A stretch of 64,000 nt of DNA from the NCBI GenBank assembly GCA_016182095.1, contig JACOXY010000012.1, positions 25,864-89,863 on the forward strand, read 5' to 3'. Positions 1-8,721 of the stretch are shown one piece after another (position 1 is the stretch's first letter; every line of letters starts with the position of its first letter). The position numbers and the translations under genes are program-made. The notes beneath the pieces were generated by a model. The model made no database searches. It saw only the letters and a program-made list of their open reading frames with translations, and was not told the origin of the DNA. This DNA is from Candidatus Liptonbacteria bacterium (lineage in GTDB: Bacteria; Patescibacteriota; Minisyncoccia; UBA6257; JACOXY01).

Positions 1-110
1 AGTGGTCGTGGTCAGACGTAAACAGTCTGGAAGCAGGAGTCATGCTATGGAATAAACAGGGGTCTGGCAGCGCGCTTGTTTCAGAATTATATTTGGAGGT
101 AGATTATTAA
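1..110 (+). CDS. 3' end of a hypothetical protein (partial)
   Basis: Open frame from position 3 (WSWSDVNSLEAG...LYLEVDY) to TAA at 108-110; truncated by window edge. Confidence 0.45.
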   Translation, partial: WSWSDVNSLEAGVMLWNKQGSGSALVSELYLEVDY

Positions 111-117
111 CAATAAT

Positions 118-146
118 TTGACTTTTTACAAAATATATGCTATAAT
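118..146 (+). promoter_or_regulatory. sigma70-type promoter
   Basis: TTGACT-N17-TATAAT with TG extension. Confidence 0.65.
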
Positions 147-188
147 GAAGCTTGTTAAAGGTCGCCCAAATAACAATAAATATGAAAT

Positions 189-626
189 ATGACAAAAACA
201 AGATTTTTAGTTATAACGATTATTTTCACTGTTTTAGTTGGGGGATCGTTTATCGCGAAAGCTGATACGCTCACTGAAGATTACAAAGCCCGATTAATCG
301 GCCATGGAACTTGGCCACTGGGCGATATGGTTATTGCGGCCGTGCGAACAAAAAATGGCGGGGTCCAGGGAGTGTCGGTAACTCCGCAAAATTGGAATGC
401 GGCCGTAACTGAAATTGTGCCGCCAACAAGCTCTGGTTATTGGTGTGTAAATGTGGCTATATCCGAAACTCACGACCTTATTTGGTTTGTAAAAGATGTG
501 GTCAATGGAGTAGATGAAGTAGCATATACTGAAAACACCGAGCTAACCTGCGCCACCGCCCCCACACCAGCGTTTTTCACTCAGCTTACAGACGGCGATT
601 TCAAGACAGAGTTGAAAACTTTCTAA
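189..626 (+). CDS. hypothetical secreted protein
   Basis: Signal-peptide-like N-terminus (AKA|D); own promoter and terminator. Confidence 0.7.
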   Translation: MTKTRFLVITIIFTVLVGGSFIAKADTLTEDYKARLIGHGTWPLGDMVIAAVRTKNGGVQGVSVTPQNWNAAVTEIVPPTSSGYWCVNVAISETHDLIWFVKDVVNGVDEVAYTENTELTCATAPTPAFFTQLTDGDFKTELKTF

Positions 627-645
627 AAACAGTAACTATACCAAG

Positions 646-668
646 AAGGCCCCATCCGGGGCTTTTTT
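646..668 (+). terminator. intrinsic terminator
   Basis: GCCCC-atcc-GGGGC followed by T tract. Confidence 0.65.
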
Positions 669-794
669 GGTTTGTAAAAATGTCTTATACTTAATTGATT
701 ATCAGTAATTGGTGGATATTTTTTTGTAATAGTTTTGAGTTTGAAATTTGAAGTCGGTTTAGAATTTAAATTATAGTTTAGGCTTTAAAAAGCT

Positions 795-1571
795 ATGTCA
801 CTTTGGGATTATAAAGACGAAAAAGAGTTTCGCGAGAAATGCGGATATGAAATTGATGGCGCCTGGTACCCTCGCGTAACAAAAATTCTTGAAATAAAAT
901 CCAAGCCGGCCCTCTACCGGTATTACGGCGAGGCGGCAAGTTATGCCGCGGCGCAGGAATCAACCAAGAAATCGGCAGAGGAGGGCACCATGGTGCACGA
1001 GGCGGCCGAGAAGATTTTATTGGGCGAAAGTCCAGATATTCCCGAGCAGATCAAGCCCGCCATATCGGCATTTACGGACTTCTTGGAGCGCAATAACATC
1101 CAGACTTCACCGGAACTTGTGGAGCGGAGAATTTGTAGCAAGGACCACCGCTACGCCGGCACGATTGACGCCATGGCTTTGATGGACGGCAAGTTCGGCG
1201 TCTTGGATATTAAAACTTCGCAAGGCATCTACCGCGATTACAACCTGCAAACCTCCGCCTATATGGACGCGCTCACCCCAGAGTTTAAAAATCTCCAAAC
1301 GCGGTGGATTTTGCGCATTGACCAGGTTCATACTTGTCTTAAATGCGCCGCTACTATGCGCCCCAAGGGCAACCGAAATAAAATCAGGCGTCCTTGGCCC
1401 CGTCGCGGCCCAGTTTGCGTGGACGACGCGCACGAATGGGGCGAGCTAAAGGGCTTCGTAGAAGTTCAGGAATTCCCGCATTGGAAAGACGATTTCCTGG
1501 CATTTTTAGGGGCAAAGACTTTATGGCAATGGGAAAATGAAATATGGCTAAAAAAGATTGGCTATATTTAA
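795..1571 (+). CDS. PD-(D/E)XK nuclease family protein (RecB/Cas4-like exonuclease fold)
   Basis: GT.VH, AGTID...LDIKTS and LQTSAY motifs; CxxC-containing insert. Confidence 0.8.
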   Translation: MSLWDYKDEKEFREKCGYEIDGAWYPRVTKILEIKSKPALYRYYGEAASYAAAQESTKKSAEEGTMVHEAAEKILLGESPDIPEQIKPAISAFTDFLERNNIQTSPELVERRICSKDHRYAGTIDAMALMDGKFGVLDIKTSQGIYRDYNLQTSAYMDALTPEFKNLQTRWILRIDQVHTCLKCAATMRPKGNRNKIRRPWPRRGPVCVDDAHEWGELKGFVEVQEFPHWKDDFLAFLGAKTLWQWENEIWLKKIGYI

Positions 1572-1608
1572 AATATGACCGTATTAAGATGCGCGTAATC
1601 TTACTAAC

Positions 1609-1642
1609 ATCACCCTTACATTCTCAAGTTTGTCAGTATGTT
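1609..1642. repeat. 34-bp palindrome family A (AACATTCT-type), downstream of HTH gene 1
   Basis: atcacccttacattc-tcaa-gtttgtcagtatgtt, near-identical to 1971-2004. Confidence 0.8.
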
Positions 1643-1670
1643 TTATCTATTGTGTAATAAAATAAATTAT

Positions 1671-1955
1671 TTAGAGAGTCCGTAAAAACTTTAAAAAACG
1701 AACAAATTCTTTGCCGTAGGGCGAGAGAGTGTGCTCTACAAATTTATCACGATATTTTTTATTAATGAGTCCGGCTTGAAAGAGTCGCCGCGTGTGTTCC
1801 CCTATTGTTTTCTCGTTGGCTTTAAGAGTTTTTACAATATCTTCCAAAGTTATTTTTTCACGTTCAGCAATGAGAAGCAGTATTTGAATACGATAATGAT
1901 TTGATACTCCTTTCAGATGTCGCTCCATTTGTTTTGCGGTTTTTATTTTTGCCAT
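1671..1955 (-). CDS. ArsR-like winged helix-turn-helix protein (copy 1)
   Basis: NHYRIQILLLI...EHTRRL..AGLI.K motif; about 55% identical by manual alignment to 42739..43005; ATG 1955 lies just after TATAAT. Confidence 0.85.
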   Translation of the reverse strand: MAKIKTAKQMERHLKGVSNHYRIQILLLIAEREKITLEDIVKTLKANEKTIGEHTRRLFQAGLINKKYRDKFVEHTLSPYGKEFVRFLKFLRTL

Positions 1956-1970
1956 GTTCACATTATACAC

Positions 1971-2004
1971 CACACCCTTACATTCTCAAGTTTGTAAGGA
2001 TGTT
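1971..2004. repeat. 34-bp palindrome family A, upstream of HTH gene 1
   Basis: cacacccttacattc-tcaa-gtttgtaaggatgtt. Confidence 0.8.
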
Positions 2005-2178
2005 AATGTTGTGGTGTAATAAAAAAGCCACCCGAAATGGATCGGGGGCTTGTCGCCTTTCGTGCTATGCTCTAGAAATCAGTAAAGTCATGGTGGTTGC
2101 AACACGCCTAGTCACGATCCTCGTAGGCATAAATAGCGTTTCCTCTGTCGCACGAGGGGCAGGCACAGTGCTCACGGA

Positions 2179-2259
2179 TTACGCACTCACACCTAGCTTC
2201 CACAATAAAAATGAGCTAATTAGAAAGAGCAGAGAAGCAACCATAAGCACAGCAAGCAT
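2179..2259 (-). CDS. 26-aa hydrophobic peptide
   Basis: MLAVLMVASLLFLISSFLLWKLGVSA; AGGAGGT SD; TTGACA-N17-TATTCT promoter at 2316-2288. Confidence 0.5.
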   Translation of the reverse strand: MLAVLMVASLLFLISSFLLWKLGVSA

Positions 2260-2328
2260 ATACACCTCCTAAAGTACGCTAAGGCAGAGAATAACATCAA
2301 TTTATTAGATTGTCAAACAACAAAAGCC

Positions 2329-2523
2329 CTAACAGCGGCCATCTTTTCTTTTACCAGCAATTAAATCTTCGGCAATTTTGACACTTTCTCTAAATCCTGG
2401 CCTTTTCTTTAGCAAGCTTTCCATTTCACGAAGAAATGGTTCTGGTGGAAATCCACGATCTCTTTCCCACTCTGCTTGCGTGCGAATGCGACTAACGGGA
2501 TAATTTCTTTTTCTTCCCTGCAT
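2329..2523 (-). CDS. small hypothetical protein (start uncertain)
   Basis: ORF downstream of ddl; ATG at 2523 avoids overlap with ddl. Confidence 0.35.
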   Translation of the reverse strand: MQGRKRNYPVSRIRTQAEWERDRGFPPEPFLREMESLLKKRPGFRESVKIAEDLIAGKRKDGRC

Positions 2524-2588
2524 CACCACACTTATCTTTCTTTTGCCTTGGTCTGCTTTTCGTATTTTCGCTCTTATTTCGTATTTCG

Positions 2589-3626
2589 TCAAACAAAAGT
2601 AGCGTCCTCTATCATTAAATCCAAAAGTTTCGTAAAACTTATTCCGCACGCCTTGGACGCCTGTGGCAACAAGCTTTGCTCCGTCATCCCGGGAATAGTA
2701 TTCACCTCAAGCACATAAATCTGTCCACCCGAACCGATTATCATATCGGTGCGGCTCACACCCCTTAGCCCAAGCGCTTTGTGCGCCCTAATCGCGGTAT
2801 CCTCAATTTTTTTGATTAAACGCAGCGGCATATTTTCCGGAGGCGTAACCTCCCTTGATTTACCGCTGTATTTTGCTTCAAAATCAAAAAAGTTTTTATT
2901 CAGTGGAATTATTTCTGTTGGCAAAAGAGCTTCAGCACATCCTTTTATATCCAATACTCCGCAAGTTACCTCCCTGCCTTTTATTGCCTTTTGCGCCAGA
3001 ACAGAACGGCTAACGCTGAAAGCTCCCTGAATCGCATTTTCAAGCGGAGCCAAATCGTTATTTTTGATTTCCAAAACAGAAACTCCCATGCTGGAGCCGC
3101 GATTAACCGGCTTTATTACGATGTGCTTTCCGAAAGTATTATAAATTGACTTTGAGACTTCTATCGGCTTTTTTATCCAATCTTTCCTTCTAATCTCTAA
3201 AAAATCCGGTGTCCCTAGCCCGGCCTCATCAAATTCCCGAGCCGCCAAAATTTTATTCATAGCGAGAGCCGATTGGAGAGAGCCGGAGCCGGTAAAAAAA
3301 ATACCGGCATTTTGAAGCACATGCTGGACAAAGCCATCCTCTCCATATTCTCCGTGCAAAGCCAAAAAGGCGGTATCCACTCCCCTTTTGCACAAAGTAA
3401 GGAGCGCTTCAGGCTCGGATAGAGGCGCTTCCCCTGGCCCATGGATAAGCCAAAAGCCCTTTCTATCTATCAAAATTGGCACCGCGTCATATTTTTTATA
3501 ATCCAAATGCTTTAAAACATTCAAGCCGCTTTGCACAGAAACTTCGTGTTCCGAAGAGGGGCCGCCCATCAAAACGGCGATTTTTTTTCGCGGAGCTAAC
3601 TGTTTTTTTGCCTCTCGTTTCCTCAT
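2589..3626 (-). CDS. ddl: D-alanine--D-alanine ligase
   Basis: MGGPSSEHEVS, LHGEYGEDG, GSSMGV, EVNTIPGMT motifs. Confidence 0.95.
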   Translation of the reverse strand: MRKREAKKQLAPRKKIAVLMGGPSSEHEVSVQSGLNVLKHLDYKKYDAVPILIDRKGFWLIHGPGEAPLSEPEALLTLCKRGVDTAFLALHGEYGEDGFVQHVLQNAGIFFTGSGSLQSALAMNKILAAREFDEAGLGTPDFLEIRRKDWIKKPIEVSKSIYNTFGKHIVIKPVNRGSSMGVSVLEIKNNDLAPLENAIQGAFSVSRSVLAQKAIKGREVTCGVLDIKGCAEALLPTEIIPLNKNFFDFEAKYSGKSREVTPPENMPLRLIKKIEDTAIRAHKALGLRGVSRTDMIIGSGGQIYVLEVNTIPGMTEQSLLPQASKACGISFTKLLDLMIEDATFV

Positions 3627-3718
3627 TATCGTTAATTATAAAACAATTTTTGACAAAGGTCTTTTTCGGGTTATACACAAAAAAGCACCGAAAAAAGCGG
3701 TGCTCATTTATAAATATT

Positions 3719-5152
3719 CTACCAGGCGTTCCAAATCGGATCTTTGTTTTCAAAACATCCAAAACAGAAATCATTTTCAGCTCCGCGGTTTCTTTTCAGC
3801 ACTCTAAGCGCCTCCTTCAGATCTTCAATAGTTGCGTAATACAGGCGATCCGCTTCAATATCTTGCCTTATCTTCTCAATATCCGGCTCCCCACCCACGG
3901 CATATTTCGCGGCTATCAGGTCATTGTCAAAATCAACGCCCTTCTTGCATGGCCCTATAATCGGCGGTGAAGCGGAAATCATCCTTACTTCTTTAGCTCC
4001 CATGGAGCGAAGCGCCCGGACAACCCGCCGCGAAGTTATTCCCCTTACAATAGAATCATCCAGGCACCAGACCACCCGGTCTTTTACCTTGTTTTTAGCA
4101 AAACTGTGCTTTGTGCGCGTGGTATATTCGCGCTTTACAGTTGTGTCCTGAGTAAAGCTTCTGCCGAAGTGACGCCGCACTATCACTCTTTCCAAAGGGA
4201 TCTCCAATGCTTTGGCAAAACCATCGGCAAAAGAGTTGGAAGAGTCGGGAACATTTGTAATCACATGTTCCAGCTTTACTTCGTGGCCGAGGCGATTCGC
4301 CACTATCCCGCCAAGTTCTTCGCGAAATTCACACACAGGGATACCAAAAATTGTTGAGTTTGGAAACGAAAAATAAATCAGTTCAAACATGCAGGCGTAA
4401 AGCCGCGGAGGTACGCCATTAATAGAGCCAGCCGGTATTTTAGAGGAAGTAATGCCGCCCTTGGATACCACAACCATTTCGCCGGGATTTATTTCTCTTA
4501 AAGTTTCACCGCCAACTGCTTCAAAAGCGGTATCCTCCGAAGCCACTAGATATCCGCCATTCATGGAACCAAGAACCAGCGGCCTGTTGCCGCTTGGGTC
4601 TCGCGCCGCCACAAGATAAGCTACTCCATTAACTTGTAAAAGCATGGTAAGCGCGTATGTTCCCCTATAACGCGAAAGACCCTGTGAAATAGCCGAGAAT
4701 GGATCACTGGATTTTGCTTCCCCGATAAACTTCAGGATTAATTCCGTATCGGATGTTGTCCCGAAAACCGTCCCCGAAACCAAAAGTCCTTGCTTCATTT
4801 GATCATAAAATGGCGTGTCGCCATTATGCGCGATATATATTGACCAATTCTCTTTATGGGCGGCAAGGGGCTGCGCATTCTCGCGCGACTGCCTGTCTCC
4901 AGAGGTGCCATAGCGCAAGTGCCCGATCCCAGCGAAAAAATCATCGCCCCTTTCTCTCTGCAAAGATTCAAAGCCAACCTTGCGGGCAAGATCGGTAACG
5001 CGATCAAGTTCTCGTTCATAAAAAATTTCATTGTTCTTGTCCGCCAAAACTACGCCCGCGCTCTGTTCCCCTCGGTATTGCATGGCATGCATCATCTGGA
5101 ATGTAACCTGGAGCGCGTTTTTTATCCCAAAAACTCCAGCCACCCCGCACAT
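3719..5152 (-). CDS. purF: amidophosphoribosyltransferase
   Basis: N-terminal MCG, GHLRYGTSG, HNG, SDTE, PRPP motif DDSIVRGITS, C-terminal CFGCF. Confidence 0.92.
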   Translation of the reverse strand: MCGVAGVFGIKNALQVTFQMMHAMQYRGEQSAGVVLADKNNEIFYERELDRVTDLARKVGFESLQRERGDDFFAGIGHLRYGTSGDRQSRENAQPLAAHKENWSIYIAHNGDTPFYDQMKQGLLVSGTVFGTTSDTELILKFIGEAKSSDPFSAISQGLSRYRGTYALTMLLQVNGVAYLVAARDPSGNRPLVLGSMNGGYLVASEDTAFEAVGGETLREINPGEMVVVSKGGITSSKIPAGSINGVPPRLYACMFELIYFSFPNSTIFGIPVCEFREELGGIVANRLGHEVKLEHVITNVPDSSNSFADGFAKALEIPLERVIVRRHFGRSFTQDTTVKREYTTRTKHSFAKNKVKDRVVWCLDDSIVRGITSRRVVRALRSMGAKEVRMISASPPIIGPCKKGVDFDNDLIAAKYAVGGEPDIEKIRQDIEADRLYYATIEDLKEALRVLKRNRGAENDFCFGCFENKDPIWNAW

Positions 5153-5423
5153 GAATTTGTCCTTCTGTATAAAAACTATATATAAAGTAACCTTAATCCC
5201 ACACCAATTCAACTAGCACCCAAATCATTTATGCACAGGCGTAAGAAGCTTTCATTTATCCCGTCATATATAATATGAAAATACGGCAAAGTGCTTTAAA
5301 TTTAAGCTTTTGCTTGTTTTTCTTTAGGAACACCACGAAGAAAGGTCGGGTTAGGGACAATTTTCAAACAATTTTGAGATAAGTCAATTAAAGATAATTA
5401 ATAATTAAATCAATTTTTTAAAT

Positions 5424-6713
5424 ATGCAAAAAATCATATCAAGTTTTATGGCTGTGGCGGTTGTGGGAAGTATGCTCACTCCTGTCGCGAGTTTCGCGCA
5501 AGGAACGGGAACCAGCTCTACAGACACCCTGCTACAGCAGATAGCGGCTCTTCTGAAGCAGTTAAATACCCTGCAAGCACAGGTTGACGCTTTGAAAAGC
5601 GAGCAAAAAGAAGTGGCGGGCGACATAAAAGACGCCATTAAAGAATTAAGGTCTGAAATGGAGCCTGGTTCAAAAGGAGAAATGGTTGAAGTTCTGCAGG
5701 CAATGCTTGCGGCTGATCCGGAAATTTATCCGGAAGGATTAATCACCGGTTATTTTGGAATGCTTACCAAAAAAGCCGTACAAAAATTCCAGAAGAAGCA
5801 CGGTTTGGCCCAGCCAGGAAGGGTTGGTCCATTAACCCTTAAGAAGTTAAATGAACTTTTAAAGAAAAATCCTGTTGCCTTTGAAACTGCAACGTCAACC
5901 GACGGCAACCATGATAATGGCGACGATAATTCAGGGAAGGCTATCGGCAAGAAAAACCGGCTTTGCGCCGTAGTGCCTCCGGGACATTTAATAGCCCCCG
6001 GTTGGCTTAAAAAAAATGGTGAAAACCGACCGGTTATACTCGCCTGCCAGGTTTTGCCGAGAGGAATAGAAAAGAAACTAAATGCGACTTCAACTGCCAC
6101 ATCTACGCCTGATGTTACGGCACCGGTAATTTCCGGAATCAGCGCTTCAGCTTCAACGACTTCGGCAACGGTTAGCTGGACTACCAATGAAGTTGCCACA
6201 GGAAAAGTTTACTGGAGCGCCGCTTCACCGGTTGATGTAAGCGCCACAAGCACGGCTAGCACAGCGCATTTCGGAACCGGCACAAGCCACAGCGTGAATG
6301 TTGCGGGTTTAACAGCGAGCACAGTTTACTACTATGTTGTGGAATCATCTGACGCGTCCGGCAATAAAGCAAATTCAACCCAGGCTACTTTCACGACCGC
6401 GAGTTTACCGCCAGCAGATACGACCGCTCCGGTAATTTCTGGGGCATCTGTAACTGCTTCAAGCACAAACGCCGCCGCAGCCTTTACTACTAACGAAGCC
6501 GCCACCGGAAAGATTTATTATGGTACCGCAACCCCGCTTAGCTTAACGGCAACCAGCACTCTTTCTGTTACCGGCTCATCTGGAGTTACGAGCCATTCAA
6601 TCCCATTTAGCGGCTTAACCGCGAGCACAACTTACTATTATGTAATAGAAGCGAAAGATGCGGCGAGTAACACCGCAGTCTTGACTGAAAGTTCGTTTGT
6701 AACGACACAGTAA
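5424..6713 (+). CDS. secreted protein with peptidoglycan-binding domain and two Fn3/Ig-like repeats
   Basis: Signal peptide; LQ..L...TGYFG.LT.KAV.KFQ..G.VGPLT; two DxTAPVISG...GLTAST.YYY repeats. Confidence 0.85.
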   Translation: MQKIISSFMAVAVVGSMLTPVASFAQGTGTSSTDTLLQQIAALLKQLNTLQAQVDALKSEQKEVAGDIKDAIKELRSEMEPGSKGEMVEVLQAMLAADPEIYPEGLITGYFGMLTKKAVQKFQKKHGLAQPGRVGPLTLKKLNELLKKNPVAFETATSTDGNHDNGDDNSGKAIGKKNRLCAVVPPGHLIAPGWLKKNGENRPVILACQVLPRGIEKKLNATSTATSTPDVTAPVISGISASASTTSATVSWTTNEVATGKVYWSAASPVDVSATSTASTAHFGTGTSHSVNVAGLTASTVYYYVVESSDASGNKANSTQATFTTASLPPADTTAPVISGASVTASSTNAAAAFTTNEAATGKIYYGTATPLSLTATSTLSVTGSSGVTSHSIPFSGLTASTTYYYVIEAKDAASNTAVLTESSFVTTQ

Positions 6714-6757
6714 ATTTTCAGAAACTAGAAGCTAGAAAGTAGAGTCTAGAATACGAG

Positions 6758-6789
6758 AACCAAAAAACGCCGAAAGGCGTTTTTTGGTT
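6758..6789. terminator. bidirectional intrinsic terminator
   Basis: aaccaaaaaacgcc-gaaa-ggcgttttttggtt between convergent genes. Confidence 0.75.
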
Positions 6790-6856
6790 GCTATTTTTGA
6801 CTGTCTAAATTCAAACTAAAATCCGCCCAGAATTTTTCAAAGGGCGGAATTTTCTA

Positions 6857-7489
6857 TTATTTCTTATTTTGGCCCAAGATCTTGTGGGCAGCCGGGAAAA
6901 GGTAATTCGCGCAAAGTTCTTTGCGTTCTTTGGATCCACGCCACTCGGGAACGGTTTGGGGGGCCTTAAGTACTATCTGATAAAGCTCTTTAAATCTTGC
7001 AAGGTATTTTATACTGTCGCCATCCGTAACAAGTGATGCCAACCAATCTTCCTCGTCCAGCATGTCTTCAAGCAACTCTACAAAGCGCTTATGCTTTGTC
7101 TTCATCCTCATTAAAGCCATGAGCTTATCGTCAAAGGGATGTTCTGGCTCGTGCAGTTCGTGTTCTTCAGCCTCTGCCGAATCCATATCATCAACCAGGT
7201 CAAAATCATCTTTCATGACCTTCGCTATTAGGTGGGCATTTTTATGATCTTCGCCATCAGGAAAATTGAATTTCTGAAGAATATCCTTAAGGTCAAGCAC
7301 GGCCAAATCAAAATCATTTTGGAGCTTGGACATTATATTTTGAGCGGTTTTTTGCTCTCTTAAATATCCGCTCACAATATCAACCAAAACCTGTTTCAAT
7401 AAATCCGGGAAGTCCGAGCTCTCTCCAGAAAGTTTGTCTTTATTGGCATCTACAAATTCGGAGACTAGTTTTTGGTCGTCCACTGACAC
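6857..7489 (-). CDS. hypothetical acidic protein
   Basis: 210-aa ORF, GTG start with GGGGAGG SD. Confidence 0.7.
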   Translation of the reverse strand: MSVDDQKLVSEFVDANKDKLSGESSDFPDLLKQVLVDIVSGYLREQKTAQNIMSKLQNDFDLAVLDLKDILQKFNFPDGEDHKNAHLIAKVMKDDFDLVDDMDSAEAEEHELHEPEHPFDDKLMALMRMKTKHKRFVELLEDMLDEEDWLASLVTDGDSIKYLARFKELYQIVLKAPQTVPEWRGSKERKELCANYLFPAAHKILGQNKK

Positions 7490-7623
7490 TTCGGCCTCCC
7501 CTTTCTCACCATATGTTTTAACATATTATAGCAAAAATACAAGAAACAAGCATACATACAGGCACTTGACTAACACCTACAAAGCTCCTATAATGCACTT
7601 AGATGCTTTGGTAGGAGGTAAGT

Positions 7624-7881
7624 ATGAGAAAGATTGTTATGCTTTTAGTTATTGGCATTGTAGCCGCTGTCTTTGGCACAGCGAACGCCTATCATGACCC
7701 CGAGTGCTACTACCGCTACGACTCGTATTATCGTGAATATTACCTGTATTGTCCACCTCCTTATGTTTATGTACCCCCGCCACGATATTACCGGTATGAG
7801 TATAGATCGCCATTAGACGAATTACTACATGGACTCACGCGCCATCATCACGGTCATCCCCGTCACCACCGCCACCATTAA
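7624..7881 (+). CDS. small secreted Tyr/Pro/His-rich protein
   Basis: Signal peptide, AGGAGGT SD, TTGACT-N17-TATAAT upstream. Confidence 0.7.
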   Translation: MRKIVMLLVIGIVAAVFGTANAYHDPECYYRYDSYYREYYLYCPPPYVYVPPPRYYRYEYRSPLDELLHGLTRHHHGHPRHHRHH

Positions 7882-8091
7882 CACTAAAAATTAGGTGGAC
7901 AAAAGCGAGATATTATCTCGCTTTTTTCATTTGACAAAATGGTGCTTTTTGTGCTATAATATACTTAGCAAGCTGTGAGAGGTTCCCCTCTAGCCAGCTT
8001 ATAGAGTAGCAAAAAACGCGCAAAAAGGACCCTGCGTAGCTTCCACCTTCGTTAAAACTTCGGTGGACAAGAAAGCTACGGAGGAACAAGG

Positions 8092-8125
8092 GTCGCCTAC
8101 GCTCTACAGAGCTATGGCGGACCAA
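8092..8125 (+). repeat. REP-like hairpin family B
   Basis: gtcgcctacgctctacagagctatggcggaccaa, identical to 8600-8633. Confidence 0.85.
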
Positions 8126-8136
8126 GGGAGGAAAGC

Positions 8137-8523
8137 ATGCGAACGAAGGGGATGTTGATGTTGATCGCGGTTTTGACGGTGCTCCTCTGCCTTACGGCAG
8201 TGGAGACGGTATCGGCCGGCTCGCCGGGCTGGAGCAACAGGAGCGGGGGGTTCGGCATTTCCGGCGGCGTAAGCGGTAGGAGCGTGGCGCCGTACGATGT
8301 CTATCAGCGCGGCAACTACTGCGACAACCCCAACCGCTGCCTACGGTGGCGGAGGGCGGGGAGCTACGTCGGATGCGACGGCTGGTCCGGCTCGCAGTCA
8401 GAGAATGCATACTGGCTGGACTTCGACGTCTGGCGCCAGAGATCAAGCCGCAACAGTACCGGTGCGTTGGTCATGGGTGGCGGAAGAGGGCGCGGCGGCA
8501 GAGCGACCGGCTGGCGTAGGTAG
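8137..8523 (+). CDS. GC-rich secreted Gly/Arg-rich hypothetical protein
   Basis: Signal peptide, GGGAGG SD, terminator hairpin at about 8529-8575. Confidence 0.65.
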   Translation: MRTKGMLMLIAVLTVLLCLTAVETVSAGSPGWSNRSGGFGISGGVSGRSVAPYDVYQRGNYCDNPNRCLRWRRAGSYVGCDGWSGSQSENAYWLDFDVWRQRSSRNSTGALVMGGGRGRGGRATGWRR

Positions 8524-8599
8524 AACGGCATCCAGCCGCAGTTTCCCGGAAACTGCGGCTGGATCCCAACTTTTTATATTTCTAAGTGGCTCGTTCCAA

Positions 8600-8633
8600 G
8601 TCGCCTACGCTCTACAGAGCTATGGCGGACCAA
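8600..8633 (+). repeat. REP-like hairpin family B
   Basis: Identical 34-bp copy of 8092-8125. Confidence 0.85.
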
Positions 8634-8721
8634 AGGTAGTGGGTCATTTAGAAATGTAAATGTATAGAGAAAGTTGTCATGAAAACTTGCGCAAAAGGGC
8701 AATAGGTGGTATTAAACTTGT

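Noticed and set aside
795-1571. Cas4 or prophage marker
   Set aside because: Solo PD-(D/E)XK nuclease with no cas or phage structural genes nearby.
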